A DNA stretch of 64,000 nucleotides from Calditrichaceae bacterium. GTDB taxonomy: Bacteria; Calditrichota; Calditrichia; Calditrichales; JBFXGD01. Positions 1 to 10,414 of this stretch are shown one piece after another. The notes below the pieces were generated by a model that had not been told where the DNA came from, did not search any database, and saw only the letters and a list, made by a program, of their open reading frames with translations. Every line of letters starts with the position of its first letter. The stretch's first letter is position 1. The stretch spans positions 172,120 to 236,119 of the forward strand of contig JBFXLE010000005.1 in assembly GCA_050173015.1 (NCBI GenBank), in the 5' to 3' direction. Both the position numbers and the translations under genes were made by a program.

Positions 1-264
1 TTTATCAACATCAAAGAACAATATCAAATAAAACTCACAGACGGCGCGGAACGAATTGATTCCGTCTGCGGGCGTTTAAACATCTCCTTAAGCTCCCAAA
101 ACGGTTATCATATTGTCCATGTGGTTGATGATATACAGCTGAACAATCTGCTGGATCAATTGCGAAAAGGCGATAATCTGATAAAGGAAGTGATACCAAG
201 AAAAATATCGCTTGAAGAGTTCTTTATAGATGTGGTTGAAGATAAACCGGAGACGAGTAAATGA
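1..264 (+). CDS. ABC-2 type transporter ATP-binding protein, C-terminal fragment (5' truncated by window)
   Basis: Frame 1 is open from base 1 to TGA at 262-264 (…IPRKISLEEFFIDVVEDKPETSK*). The SLEExF tail is typical of ABC-2 ATPases. ATGA overlap with the downstream permease. Confidence 0.7.
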   Translation, partial: FINIKEQYQIKLTDGAERIDSVCGRLNISLSSQNGYHIVHVVDDIQLNNLLDQLRKGDNLIKEVIPRKISLEEFFIDVVEDKPETSK

Positions 265-1082
265 AGACATTGGCGATCATTCAACTGACATTCAGGGAAT
301 CTCTTGCAAAAAAAACATTCATTGCATTCTTTGGTATATCGACACTCGTTTGTTTGCTGTTTATTTTCGCGCTCAATCTCGATATTGTTGACGGAGCACA
401 GTCGTATATTTCTCTATTCGGGAAAGAAATTGAACAAGCCGTTCCTGTTCAGAAGATTATTCTGGGAATTGAGGGCGGCCTTGCGGTATTGCTATTTACG
501 GGGGGATTGTTTTTATCCCTTTTCGCCACAAGCAATCTGATTCCTTCGATGCTCGAGCCGGGCAGTATTGACTTATTAATTTCCAAACCCGTTAGCCGGA
601 GCAATATTCTTGCGGGCCGGTTTGCCGGAGGCGTGGCGATCGTGGCATTTAATGTGTTTTATCTTGTCGTATTCTCATGGTTAATTCTTTCGATCAAAAC
701 ATCCGTTTGGAATTGGGGATTCTTGTTGGCCGGTGTAATGATCGTTATTACTTTCATCATTTTATTTACGCTTATGACTTTTCTCGGAATAGTGACGCGA
801 AGCGGTCCGTTCTCATTAATGATTACTTATGCGATTCTTTTCTTCAGTCCCTTGTTATTACAACGGGATCAAATATACGCGTTATTATCGAATAAGATAT
901 ATGGCTATATCCTTGACGGGTTGTATCATTTCTTCCCAAAAGCCGCGGAGCTTGGTGAAATTACGGAACGGCTGGTAAGAGGTGTCGATGTTGCGAGCTG
1001 GGTGCCTCTGTGGACGTCGCTTTTGTTTGGAGCTTTTATGATGATCACAACCGCAATCATTTTTGAAAAGAAAAATTTTTAG
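261..1082 (+). CDS. ABC-2 type transporter permease
   Basis: About 6 TM segments; motif GSIDLLISKPVSRSNILAGRF typical of ABC2_membrane_2 permeases; coupled to the upstream ATPase. Confidence 0.85.
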   Translation: MKTLAIIQLTFRESLAKKTFIAFFGISTLVCLLFIFALNLDIVDGAQSYISLFGKEIEQAVPVQKIILGIEGGLAVLLFTGGLFLSLFATSNLIPSMLEPGSIDLLISKPVSRSNILAGRFAGGVAIVAFNVFYLVVFSWLILSIKTSVWNWGFLLAGVMIVITFIILFTLMTFLGIVTRSGPFSLMITYAILFFSPLLLQRDQIYALLSNKIYGYILDGLYHFFPKAAELGEITERLVRGVDVASWVPLWTSLLFGAFMMITTAIIFEKKNF

Positions 1083-1091
1083 GAGGTTGTA

Positions 1092-2084
1092 ATGAAAAAG
1101 CGACTATTGTTAATATTTATCCTCGCGGGTATAGCGTTTTCCGTGTGGAGCTGCGATGTGGAAAGATCGGAACCGATCAACTCGAAAATGGCTGAACAAC
1201 TGGCTATGCTGCCTCAAAATGCTGATGGTCTTATGTATATCAATGCTGAAAAGATTATTAAAAGTAAATTTTTTAATTTAATGATGGATAGCGCGGGATA
1301 TTGCCTGGAAGACAACAAGGACTTCAAGGAAATGGAGGATCTGACAGGATTTAATATAAGAACAGACGCCAGGGAAGCATATTTTACGTATTCAGCCACA
1401 AAGGACACGCTGGGCGATAAATTTCTTGCAGTGGTTACCGGTCGCTATAATGAATCCAAGATAATGGAGTTTATCCATCAAAATAAGAATGGGGCAGATA
1501 TTCTCTACGAAGAGTTCGAAGGAATAAAAATATATTATTTCTCCGGCAAAGATATCCAATTCTGCTTTCCGGATCAGGAGACATTTGTTTTCGGGCATAA
1601 AAAAACAATCAGATCGTGGATAGAAAAATTAAAAGCCGGCGCGTATAAAAAACCGGGTGGCAAATGGTTTGATGTGGTTAAAGACATAAAATATAAAAAC
1701 GGCATATATTTTACAATGGATCCAAAGGGAGTGGTCGATCAAATGATGTCGGAAATGAAACGATTTGATGATTCACAAAAGTTTGAGGCGTTTAAGTCCG
1801 TGGAAAATATAAGTTTCTCAATGGATATGGATGATAAACTCAGATTTGACGGGTGGGGAAACTTCGGAAATAAGGAAACTGCCGAATTGTTTTTTGATTC
1901 GGCAAAAGGATTACTTGCAACCCTAAAATTATCGGTTAGCGGTGACCGTGACGCCGTAGATGTGGTTAATAAAGTGAAGATCGCGCAGAAAAAAGAAAGT
2001 GTTCAGGTGAAGTTTGAAATCACGGGAGAAGACGCGCGAAAGCTGATTTCCCGCGGCCAATTCCCAAAATTCGCCATAAAGTAA
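1092..2084 (+). CDS. Hypothetical lipoprotein
   Basis: RBS AGGAGG; signal peptide with lipobox (VWS-C); 9 bp after the permease. Confidence 0.7.
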   Translation: MKKRLLLIFILAGIAFSVWSCDVERSEPINSKMAEQLAMLPQNADGLMYINAEKIIKSKFFNLMMDSAGYCLEDNKDFKEMEDLTGFNIRTDAREAYFTYSATKDTLGDKFLAVVTGRYNESKIMEFIHQNKNGADILYEEFEGIKIYYFSGKDIQFCFPDQETFVFGHKKTIRSWIEKLKAGAYKKPGGKWFDVVKDIKYKNGIYFTMDPKGVVDQMMSEMKRFDDSQKFEAFKSVENISFSMDMDDKLRFDGWGNFGNKETAELFFDSAKGLLATLKLSVSGDRDAVDVVNKVKIAQKKESVQVKFEITGEDARKLISRGQFPKFAIK

Positions 2085-2092
2085 ACTCCAAT

Positions 2093-2135
2093 ACAATCCC
2101 GGCGATTTTTTCATAATTCCGGGATTGTTTTTTTT
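2093..2135 (+). terminator. Rho-independent terminator
   Basis: ACAATCCCGG…CCGGGATTGT 10-bp stem followed by a T-run, just after the stop at 2084. Confidence 0.7.
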
Positions 2136-2305
2136 ATCACCTATCCCAATAGCCATTTTTTTATCACTTCCACAGTTTTACACAAAAAATTCATAAAACT
2201 ATAAAGTTGTCGAAGATCATAGATATTTCGATCCTGCCCGGGTATTTTAATCAAAGGTAAGGTTTGGTTTGCATATTTTTCGGTTTCATTTATGGAGGAT
2301 TTATC

Positions 2306-3721
2306 ATGAGAACAAGGCTAATCATATTGTTATCGGCCGGAATTTTTATTTTTGGATGTGAGAATGACTCAACTTCTCCAAAGGCAACTCTGGAGATTGA
2401 TGCTGTTGTCGAACAGTCCGCGTCGGTGGGTTGGGAAGTAAACAGAATGGCGGGCAGCAGTAATGAAATTGCATCTCTGACCGGTGAAAGTGATTATGCC
2501 GGTGATACGGAGATTGGAAATTTCAACAGCGCGGCAAAGATGAAGACTCAGGCTGTAAATATGAAAATTGAAGCAGCGGAATATCTCCCCAACCGGATGA
2601 GTCTGAGTAAGACCACCGGCGATTCTCTATACTATTTCGAGGAATCAATCAATGAAATGACCGGCTTTGGGGTGCGTAAGGCTCTTTATTATAATTCTGA
2701 AACGGGTATCGCAAGATTTTATGAAACGATTTTTCAATTTCCAAACTGGATGAATCTGGAGTATGATTCAAGTGAAATCCAAATAAACACCAATTATACA
2801 TTGGAAGATGATTCGGATGATTATCTCGAGAGTCTATATAAAATTCAAAATTTCAAAGATACCTTCTTTATAGATTATATTGAATCCGCATTGACGGTTA
2901 CCGACCACGAGGGGAATGACATCAAGGCATTTACGGCGTCTATGGATGCCTATTATAATGAAGGGATGAATCTTTCTCATCTTCGCCAGTCAATGGTAAT
3001 AAATATTGATCAATCGGGCACTTTGCGGGAAGATTTTGAATTTCGCGATGGTAAAACCGCCTATAACAGCGTCACTTTTTACGCAAATCATACCGGTGAA
3101 TTTTCAAAATTGCTGAGAAACGGGACATTGATTTCCGGAACGTTTGACAGTGTGGAAGATGACCTTAGCGGGTTCTATAGTGAAATGATCAATTTTCCCG
3201 AAGGTTCATATATTGATCAAATTAATCGCTCAGCGGGGATAGAAATCACCTTACCTGATTCCATTCTGAATATCACGCTGAGGGAAGCGATCTATTTTGA
3301 ATCCGGCAACATCGACTCATCGAGCGCGGATATAACAGTCCAAAATATCGACGGAGTTAAAATCACGGTCATAGATCTAACAAAATCCAATTCTGCTAAC
3401 GGCACGATCACCATCGTGGAGCAAGATACGGAAAGCTCACTCAGCGGAAACTGGACAACCAGGGATAATTATTATATTGTCTTTGAAGCCGAATCATATT
3501 TTGACGGCAGTTCTCATCTATACTATGAAGTATATCTAAATGAGGAAGCTTACAATAACGGTGATACGGCGCTTATTACCGGAGATTATAATTTCTCACC
3601 GGATCAAACCGGTCAGGGAACGCTCACCTATGGCGGGAAAACATACCTGATATCATTTAGCGACGCCGCCCGGGCAGAGATTAGTTCCGGCGGTGAATCG
3701 GCGAGTATTAGTTTATTCTAA
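2306..3721 (+). CDS. Acidic, beta-rich hypothetical lipoprotein
   Basis: ATG at 2306 follows GGAGG; lipobox IFG-C; D/E/S/T-rich with alternating beta-strand pattern; no family recognised. Confidence 0.7.
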   Translation: MRTRLIILLSAGIFIFGCENDSTSPKATLEIDAVVEQSASVGWEVNRMAGSSNEIASLTGESDYAGDTEIGNFNSAAKMKTQAVNMKIEAAEYLPNRMSLSKTTGDSLYYFEESINEMTGFGVRKALYYNSETGIARFYETIFQFPNWMNLEYDSSEIQINTNYTLEDDSDDYLESLYKIQNFKDTFFIDYIESALTVTDHEGNDIKAFTASMDAYYNEGMNLSHLRQSMVINIDQSGTLREDFEFRDGKTAYNSVTFYANHTGEFSKLLRNGTLISGTFDSVEDDLSGFYSEMINFPEGSYIDQINRSAGIEITLPDSILNITLREAIYFESGNIDSSSADITVQNIDGVKITVIDLTKSNSANGTITIVEQDTESSLSGNWTTRDNYYIVFEAESYFDGSSHLYYEVYLNEEAYNNGDTALITGDYNFSPDQTGQGTLTYGGKTYLISFSDAARAEISSGGESASISLF

Positions 3722-3734
3722 TAAAAAAAACATG

Positions 3735-3762
3735 GGCGGATGCAATAGTATCCGCCTTTTTT
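3735..3762 (+). terminator. Rho-independent terminator
   Basis: GGCGGAT…ATCCGCC stem plus TTTTTT; upstream A-run suggests it may be bidirectional. Confidence 0.75.
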
Positions 3763-3981
3763 GTGTTAGCTATAATCTTAAATTCTATTTGGCAAAGAAA
3801 CATCATACAGTAATAATATTTTTCATATAAAACAAAGCCGGGATGAATGCGTATATTATTCAGGAGCTGTAATTGAAATAATGATCGAATAATATAAAAA
3901 TATATATTTGTCCAAAGCAGGATAACTCATCATCCAGACGCGGTTTTTAGTTCTCAGTTTAATAAATTCTGGAGTAACCGG

Positions 3982-5052
3982 ATGAAGTGGATGCTAAGAA
4001 ACATTGTTATTTTTTTGATGTTGGCGACTACCATTAGCTGTGTCAATCGGATTCACCGATACGAGGGTAATCAGATTGTTGACGGCAAGTACGATTCAGA
4101 GTATCCCACACGTCCGGTTTCTGAACATCTGGAAAAACTCACAAAAAGCGTAAAATTAATAAGTATTTTTTCAATTTATGGAAGTTATGATATTTATGGT
4201 GACAGAAATTTAAGAAAAGAAGGACTGTCACACGCGGATATAAAAACAAACGCGACCTATCATTACATTTTTGAAAAACCGGCGACCGGAACGGCGACAA
4301 TAATTTACGCGGATGATAATAAGATAGCCATGCTCACCTGCGCCCATGTGGTAAATTTTCCGGATACGGTATTCAGTTATTTTAAAGATAAATTTGGTAA
4401 AGACACGCCATATATTCGAAATGTATCGATCAAAGAAAGACAAAATATTCATATTCATGATGTGCCGGCATATAAGAATTTTGAAATAATAGCAATTGAC
4501 TCAGAAGAAGATATCGCGTTAATCGGTTTTACTCTTGAATATAACCGTCCCGCTGAACTCATACCGGTCTTAAATTCTCCCACCGGACGCGCGGAGGAGC
4601 TTGACTGGGGTACAAGGGTATATTTGATCGGATATCCGAGGGGTAAGAAAATCGTTTCAAACAATATGGTTAGCAGTCCGAACCGGGATAAGAAACAAGG
4701 ATTTATAATAGATTCAGTTTCTCCAAGGGGAATCAGCGGGGGACTGATCTTTGCGGTTCGGGACGGGGTACCGAATTTTGAAGTAGTGGGGATGGCCAGC
4801 GCTGTCGCTGCAGAATCAATGTACTACTTGAGCCCGGAAAAAAACTTTAAAATGTCTGATTATGATGCCCTTCACACTTATGACGGTGATGCTTTTGTCC
4901 AAACCTATGATTCGGTGTTTTATGGTATCACGTATGCTCTTTCAATTGAATCAGTTTTAAAATTCATCAAGGAAAATGAACCGGCGATCCGATCAAAAGG
5001 TTACAATCCGGACCGTTTTTTTGGCGGGAATATCAACTTTGAAAGAAATTAA
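3982..5052 (+). CDS. Trypsin-like serine protease, lipoprotein
   Basis: LTCAHV (His), EDIALI (Asp) and GISGG (Ser) motifs; lipobox TIS-C. Confidence 0.8.
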   Translation: MKWMLRNIVIFLMLATTISCVNRIHRYEGNQIVDGKYDSEYPTRPVSEHLEKLTKSVKLISIFSIYGSYDIYGDRNLRKEGLSHADIKTNATYHYIFEKPATGTATIIYADDNKIAMLTCAHVVNFPDTVFSYFKDKFGKDTPYIRNVSIKERQNIHIHDVPAYKNFEIIAIDSEEDIALIGFTLEYNRPAELIPVLNSPTGRAEELDWGTRVYLIGYPRGKKIVSNNMVSSPNRDKKQGFIIDSVSPRGISGGLIFAVRDGVPNFEVVGMASAVAAESMYYLSPEKNFKMSDYDALHTYDGDAFVQTYDSVFYGITYALSIESVLKFIKENEPAIRSKGYNPDRFFGGNINFERN

Positions 5053-5168
5053 TCATTTCTTTAGAGTGCATGGAGAATTAAGGTCCGGCGGGGCAAACTT
5101 GAAAGTTTGAACTTATAAAATTATATTTAGCCTATGTAAGGCTTAAATAATTTTGCAGGATAATTTAA

Positions 5169-5828
5169 TTGAGAATCGTAGCATTCAGCGACACTCATGG
5201 TTACCATGATCAAATCAAAATTCCCGACGGAGATATATTAATTTTTGCGGGAGATATGTGCACAAAAAGATCTTTGGAAAGCATTGAAAAGTTTAATCAT
5301 TTTTTGGGAAGTTTGCCGCATACTCATAAGATTGTAATTGCCGGAAATCATGATTTCCCATTTGAACGCGAACCCGTTGAAGCAAGAAAACTTATAACAA
5401 ACGCCATTTATCTTCAGGATCAATCAACTGTAATAGAAGGAATTCATTTTTACGGATCGCCCTGGCAACCCTGGTTTTTTGACTGGGCGTTTAATTTGAA
5501 AAGAGGGCAGGCGTTAAAAGAAAAATGGGATCTTATCTCTTCCGACACGGATATTCTGATTACACACAGTCCTCCTTTCGGAGTTCTTGATCTGGTAGGC
5601 CATAAACATGTCGGATGCGAAGAACTGACCGCCGCTCTGATGAGAATTAAACCCAAATATCATATTTTCGGCCATATCCATGAAGGTTATGGCACAAAAG
5701 AAATGAATGGAACAACATTTATCAATGCCGCCATATGCAACGGCCGTTTTGCTCCTGAGAATAAGCCGATGATTATTGACTATAAACCGTCACATATCAC
5801 CCGCCCGGATGCCGCCGCGTCTATCTGA
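5169..5828 (+). CDS. Calcineurin-like metallophosphoesterase (MPPED/239FB-like)
   Basis: SDTH, AGD, GNHD, LITH and GHIHE motifs. Confidence 0.9.
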   Translation: MRIVAFSDTHGYHDQIKIPDGDILIFAGDMCTKRSLESIEKFNHFLGSLPHTHKIVIAGNHDFPFEREPVEARKLITNAIYLQDQSTVIEGIHFYGSPWQPWFFDWAFNLKRGQALKEKWDLISSDTDILITHSPPFGVLDLVGHKHVGCEELTAALMRIKPKYHIFGHIHEGYGTKEMNGTTFINAAICNGRFAPENKPMIIDYKPSHITRPDAAASI

Positions 5829-5836
5829 ATAAACGT

Positions 5837-6289
5837 TTAATCAGCACCTTCGAATAAGGCTCTTAAATTAAGCGAGGGCGCTTTTTTGTTGGCCGCGAGA
5901 GAAACATAAGTCTGGGCAAAATGTTCTTTTCCGGCGCCAAGCACGGTGCTGATCGTCCCAAGAGCCAATGCAAGTTCGTTTGGCGGGAAGCGCTTTACAA
6001 TCTCATTCCAGATAATTTCTTCTAGTATATTAAACGCCGAGTGCACTTCATAAAGATCAAATCCTTCGGCATGCCGTTCATTTGCTATTTTTTCTGTATA
6101 GCTAAGCATGGGAATGATCTGTTTTGATGAAACACATTCACTCATCACCGAGTAAAGCGATTCAATCCGCATGTGTGTTGTTTCCGCCGGGCTTTTCTCA
6201 TAGTGCTTCAGACGGACACTTTTCAACATCTTAACGGCAGATTCAAGAAGACTCTGTTTTTCTGATTTTAGTACTGTATTTAAATCCAT
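5837..6289 (-). CDS. Stand-alone RsbRD N-terminal-like helical (globin-like) domain protein
   Basis: All-helical 150 aa with IANERHAEGFDLYEV, resembling RsbRD_N motifs. Confidence 0.55.
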   Translation of the reverse strand: MDLNTVLKSEKQSLLESAVKMLKSVRLKHYEKSPAETTHMRIESLYSVMSECVSSKQIIPMLSYTEKIANERHAEGFDLYEVHSAFNILEEIIWNEIVKRFPPNELALALGTISTVLGAGKEHFAQTYVSLAANKKAPSLNLRALFEGAD

Positions 6290-6398
6290 AATGATCCTTT
6301 TTAATGTGTGATTAAAGTAAGAATAATTTCACAAATTCAGACATCAAATGGAAGTAATTATTTTTTTTTTGGATATGAAAAGGGGTGAGAATTTACGA

Positions 6399-7034
6399 TC
6401 AGAAACTACCTTTGTGGCCATTGCTTAAATAATAATGCCAGATCATTCTGGCTGCCACGGCCCTCCATGGACGCCAGGGTTGAGCAAGGGTGGTCATTTC
6501 ATCCCGTGATGGTTTTTTAGAAAAATTTTTTAATTTTTTCAGAGCGATTTGCAGCGCTAAATCTCCGTCAGGCCAAATATCCGGACGCCTTAAAGCCATT
6601 AAAAGATAGATATCTACAGTCCAAGGACCAATTCCTTTTAGTTTGAGTAATTCTATCCTCGCGGGTTCATTTTCGAGGGTGTTTATATCTTCAAGGCTGA
6701 TGTTCCCGGCCAAAATTGAATCAGCTAAATTCCTGCAATACAGAGTCTTTTGGCGGCTGAATCCAATGGCTTTTAGTTCCGTGTCATTTAATGTGATGAA
6801 ATTCTCGGGTGTAATTGATTCTATCGCTTCATGCAACTTATCGAAGGCCGCTTTGGCGGAAGCCAGTGACACCTGCTGTTCCAATATGATATGAACCAGG
6901 GTTGAAAAACCGGGATCTCTGGTCCACATCGGCGGGCGGCCGAACTGAAGATAAATTCTGTTTAGATCCGGATCTGCTTTACATAGAAAGCTTAATCCTT
7001 CATCGAAAGTTTGTGTGTTTAGTGAATTGATCAT
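6399..7034 (-). CDS. alkA: DNA-3-methyladenine glycosylase II (AlkA-like HhH-GPD)
   Basis: ILEQQVS, LKGIGPWT helix-hairpin-helix, PDGD catalytic Asp, WRPWR. Confidence 0.88.
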   Translation of the reverse strand: MINSLNTQTFDEGLSFLCKADPDLNRIYLQFGRPPMWTRDPGFSTLVHIILEQQVSLASAKAAFDKLHEAIESITPENFITLNDTELKAIGFSRQKTLYCRNLADSILAGNISLEDINTLENEPARIELLKLKGIGPWTVDIYLLMALRRPDIWPDGDLALQIALKKLKNFSKKPSRDEMTTLAQPWRPWRAVAARMIWHYYLSNGHKGSF

Positions 7035-7084
7035 TTATTTTCTTTTTGAAAAACCGAAATTCATAGCTGAGCGCAATATTCTGA

Positions 7085-7930
7085 TCAGACAGAAGTCGTC
7101 ATATCTGAACGCCTGGCCGCTTCCCAGCCCAATATAGCTTTTTTACGGGCGGCGCCCCAATGATAATTACCAATCCGTCCCATTTTTTGTATAACCCGGT
7201 GGCATGGGATGAGGTAGCTGACCGGATTTGATCCGACCGCGTTGCCAACCGCCCGGCTGGATGAAGGGTGCCCGATTTTGCGGGCTATATCATCATAGGA
7301 AGCCAGGCCGCCATCCGGAATTTTCAAAAGAGCCTCCCAGACTTTTATCTGAAAATTTGTTCCTTTCACATATAGTTTCAGCGGAACCGGATCAGCCTTG
7401 TTTACAAATATTTTATTAAAATAACTGGAAGTTATTTCCGGGTTTTCAATAATCACGGCATTGGGCCAGTTTTTTCTTAAGGTCGTTAATCCCTCTTCCT
7501 TGCCGTACTCATCATGAAAAGATAAACCGCAGATACCTCTGCCGGTTACGGCAATCAGGCAGCAGCCAAACGGACTTTCATGAAAACCATAATTAATCTT
7601 AAGTCCGGATCCTTTAATCTTATATTCGCCGGGTGTGACGGCGTCAATAGTTATAAACAGGTCGTGCAGCCGGCCCGGGCCGGACAGTCCGGAGTCATAG
7701 GCGGCATCCAGAACACTGCGTGATTCAGCAAGCGCTTTTCTGGCGTGATCTATAGTCAGGAATTGTAAAAAACGTTTGGGACTAATCCCTACCCATTGCT
7801 TAAATACTTTTTGCAGGTGGAATGAACTTATTCCAAGACCTGCTGACAATTCTTCCAACCCGGGCTGTTCACGAAAATGATCATCCAGATACAGGATGGT
7901 TTTTTCTATCAAATCATATTGAGATAACAC
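7085..7930 (-). CDS. Bifunctional AraC-HTH / methylated-DNA--protein-cysteine methyltransferase (Ada-like)
   Basis: N-terminal AraC HTH (SSFHLQKVFKQWVGISPK); C-terminal Ogt domain (GTNFQIKVW, RAVG, PCHRV active site). Confidence 0.9.
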   Translation of the reverse strand: MLSQYDLIEKTILYLDDHFREQPGLEELSAGLGISSFHLQKVFKQWVGISPKRFLQFLTIDHARKALAESRSVLDAAYDSGLSGPGRLHDLFITIDAVTPGEYKIKGSGLKINYGFHESPFGCCLIAVTGRGICGLSFHDEYGKEEGLTTLRKNWPNAVIIENPEITSSYFNKIFVNKADPVPLKLYVKGTNFQIKVWEALLKIPDGGLASYDDIARKIGHPSSSRAVGNAVGSNPVSYLIPCHRVIQKMGRIGNYHWGAARKKAILGWEAARRSDMTTSV

Positions 7931-8039
7931 AATTTTTTCTCCACGTTCTTTAACATGGTGAAAAATAACAAATCTGAATATTCAAAATCCACCCGATTCT
8001 TGTGTATTGTAAAAAAAGCAGATGAGACGGTTGCAATGA

Positions 8040-8825
8040 TTAATCGTCATTACGTTGCACTCTGCCGGCAACATTTGTGATATCGAGTCCCCCGCTGCCG
8101 GAATCATCAATGATCACATCTTTTCCCACATCATCAATAATCACAGAACCCGAACCGTCATCAATCCTGACGTTGCCGCCTATCTGACTGATATACATAT
8201 TGCCGCTTCCGTCATCCAGGGTAACGTTTCCCCGGACGTTCTTTATTTTAACATGACCCGAACCGTCGTCAATATCGGCGTTTCCGGAAACATCATCAAT
8301 CTCCAGATCTCCTGACCCGTCATCTATAAGCAAATTTCCGCCAACACCGCGTACCGTCAAATCACCGGAGCCGTCATCGATCTCAACATCGGAGTTCATG
8401 TCGTTGATTTCAATGTACCCCGAACCGTCATCGACATATAACCTTAATGACGCGGGCGTTTTAACCGTCAGATTGACTTGAATATCGGGATTTTTATCAA
8501 GAATGGTAGAGAAAAATGAGTGACCGTCTGAATTAATCTCACTCCGGAGAACCGCCTGACGGCCTTCCTTCACCAGCTCCAGCTTGAGATACTTTTCAAG
8601 ATACTGCTTTATTTCTTTTCCGTCGCCATTCATGCTGACAATCTCGGCGTTTACCTGAATTTCTTTCAGATCTTTATCACCCTGAACTTTTAGAAATCCG
8701 GCGCCGCAGTAGATTGCTAATGATTCTAATCCATTGGCGGTTAAACTGAGTTTACGAGTGCCGGAATTATCAACAGCGAATACGGGTAGGGTAATCAAAA
8801 TAAGAAGCCATATCATCGATTTCAT
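8040..8825 (-). CDS. Exported DUF4097/adhesin-like beta-solenoid protein
   Basis: Signal peptide from MKSMIW (RBS GGAG); seven ~19-aa repeats containing DDGSG. Confidence 0.75.
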   Translation of the reverse strand: MKSMIWLLILITLPVFAVDNSGTRKLSLTANGLESLAIYCGAGFLKVQGDKDLKEIQVNAEIVSMNGDGKEIKQYLEKYLKLELVKEGRQAVLRSEINSDGHSFFSTILDKNPDIQVNLTVKTPASLRLYVDDGSGYIEINDMNSDVEIDDGSGDLTVRGVGGNLLIDDGSGDLEIDDVSGNADIDDGSGHVKIKNVRGNVTLDDGSGNMYISQIGGNVRIDDGSGSVIIDDVGKDVIIDDSGSGGLDITNVAGRVQRNDD

Positions 8826-8944
8826 AATATCTCCTTTCAATTCATACAGTCTGCGGATAAGAAATTTGGAGTACATATTAAAAGAGTACGGGATAAATCG
8901 GAAAATGTTTGCTTCCATAAATAATATTTCCGGGATTCAGAATT

Positions 8945-10414
8945 CTATTTTAACAGTAGCATACGCCGGGTGGTTGTCATTGCTTTATCTGATCGAAGAC
9001 GAACAAAATAGACACCGGATGGCACCAATTGCCCATTTTCATTTTTCCCGTTCCAGTAAACGGTATATCTGCCGGCGCTGAATGTATTTCTGACCATATT
9101 TTTTACTAATTGTCCCCCAATACTGTATATATTCATTTCAAGTTCTGAGAGTCTATTTACGGTAAACGGAATAATGGTGCCCGGATTAAATGGATTAGGA
9201 TAGTTGGGTTCAAGAATAAATATAGCCGGTTGTAAAACAGATGGATCATCAATGGATGTGGTTATCGTAGGTTTAAAACGGTAGATTTTCCCGTCAAACG
9301 CGCAAATATACAATTCATTATCCTGATCGATGCCAAAAGAAGAAATATTTACTGATGTGTCGATCAAAAGTGAATTTACAGCCGGATTCAGGCCGTCATA
9401 AAGGAGAGACCAGATTCGGCCGCTTACATAATCAGCATAAATGTATTTCCCCTGCAGTTCCGGGACCGTTTTTCCCCGGTAAACATAACCCCCCGAAACC
9501 GATGCTCCAGAACTTCGCCCATACTCCCATATCGGAAAAGTAAGTCCGGTTGTATCGCACCCGCTGGAAGGGTTATAACAGTGTGAAGCCTCCATGATCC
9601 GCCAGCCATAGTTTTTGCCTTTCGCAATAATATCGATTTCTTCGTAGGCGTTTTGTCCCACATCAGCGGCCCACAACAAACCGGTGACAGAATCAAAACT
9701 GAATCGCCATGGATTTCTCAACCCAAAAGCGTATATCTCTTCTTTGTATCCTGATTGATTATTGTTAAAAGGATTGTCGGCGGGGATAGCATAGTTCATT
9801 GTATCGGAAACCTGATTTACATCAATCCTTAATATAGAACCGAGAAGAGTTGTTAAGTCCTGGCCGTTTCCGTTTGTTCCATGCTGATCGCCTGATCCTC
9901 CGCCATCTCCCATAGCAATGTACAGATAACCATCCGGTCCAAAGGCAATCTGCCCGCCGTTGTGATTGCTTTCCGGCTGCGGGATCTCAAGAATGATCAA
10001 TTCGCTGTTTTTTGCGGCGGAATCAGGATTTGTATCCGACACCTTAAACCTTGAAATCACCGTTCTTCTGGGAGAAGAAGCGGTATAATCCACAAAAAAA
10101 TAACCGTTGTTTTTATAATCCGGATGAAAGGCTAATCCAAGCAATCCTTCCTCATTACCGGAGTCGTTGACATCGTCTTTGAGATTGATAAATTCACTTT
10201 TCCGGGTAACCGTGGAATCATTATCAAAGACATAAATAATTCCCTGCTGTTCAACCACAAAGATCCGGTTTGCGTCATCATCCGCGGATTGCAGATCGAC
10301 AGGGCGTATAAATGAAAGGTTGGGAAAAGCCTCAATCAGCTCAGACTGGGCGTAAACAGAGACCGTATTCAGAATAAAACAAATTATTAAAAGCATTAAT
10401 CTAAAAAAATTCAT
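8945..10414 (-). CDS. PQQ-dependent glucose/sorbosone dehydrogenase family protein with C-terminal sorting domain
   Basis: EEGLLGLAFHP, NHNGGQIAFGPDGYLYIAMGDGG, GLRNPWR, DVGQ; C-terminal NYPNPFNP…SGVYF…MLLLK. Confidence 0.9.
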   Translation of the reverse strand: MNFFRLMLLIICFILNTVSVYAQSELIEAFPNLSFIRPVDLQSADDDANRIFVVEQQGIIYVFDNDSTVTRKSEFINLKDDVNDSGNEEGLLGLAFHPDYKNNGYFFVDYTASSPRRTVISRFKVSDTNPDSAAKNSELIILEIPQPESNHNGGQIAFGPDGYLYIAMGDGGGSGDQHGTNGNGQDLTTLLGSILRIDVNQVSDTMNYAIPADNPFNNNQSGYKEEIYAFGLRNPWRFSFDSVTGLLWAADVGQNAYEEIDIIAKGKNYGWRIMEASHCYNPSSGCDTTGLTFPIWEYGRSSGASVSGGYVYRGKTVPELQGKYIYADYVSGRIWSLLYDGLNPAVNSLLIDTSVNISSFGIDQDNELYICAFDGKIYRFKPTITTSIDDPSVLQPAIFILEPNYPNPFNPGTIIPFTVNRLSELEMNIYSIGGQLVKNMVRNTFSAGRYTVYWNGKNENGQLVPSGVYFVRLRSDKAMTTTRRMLLLK

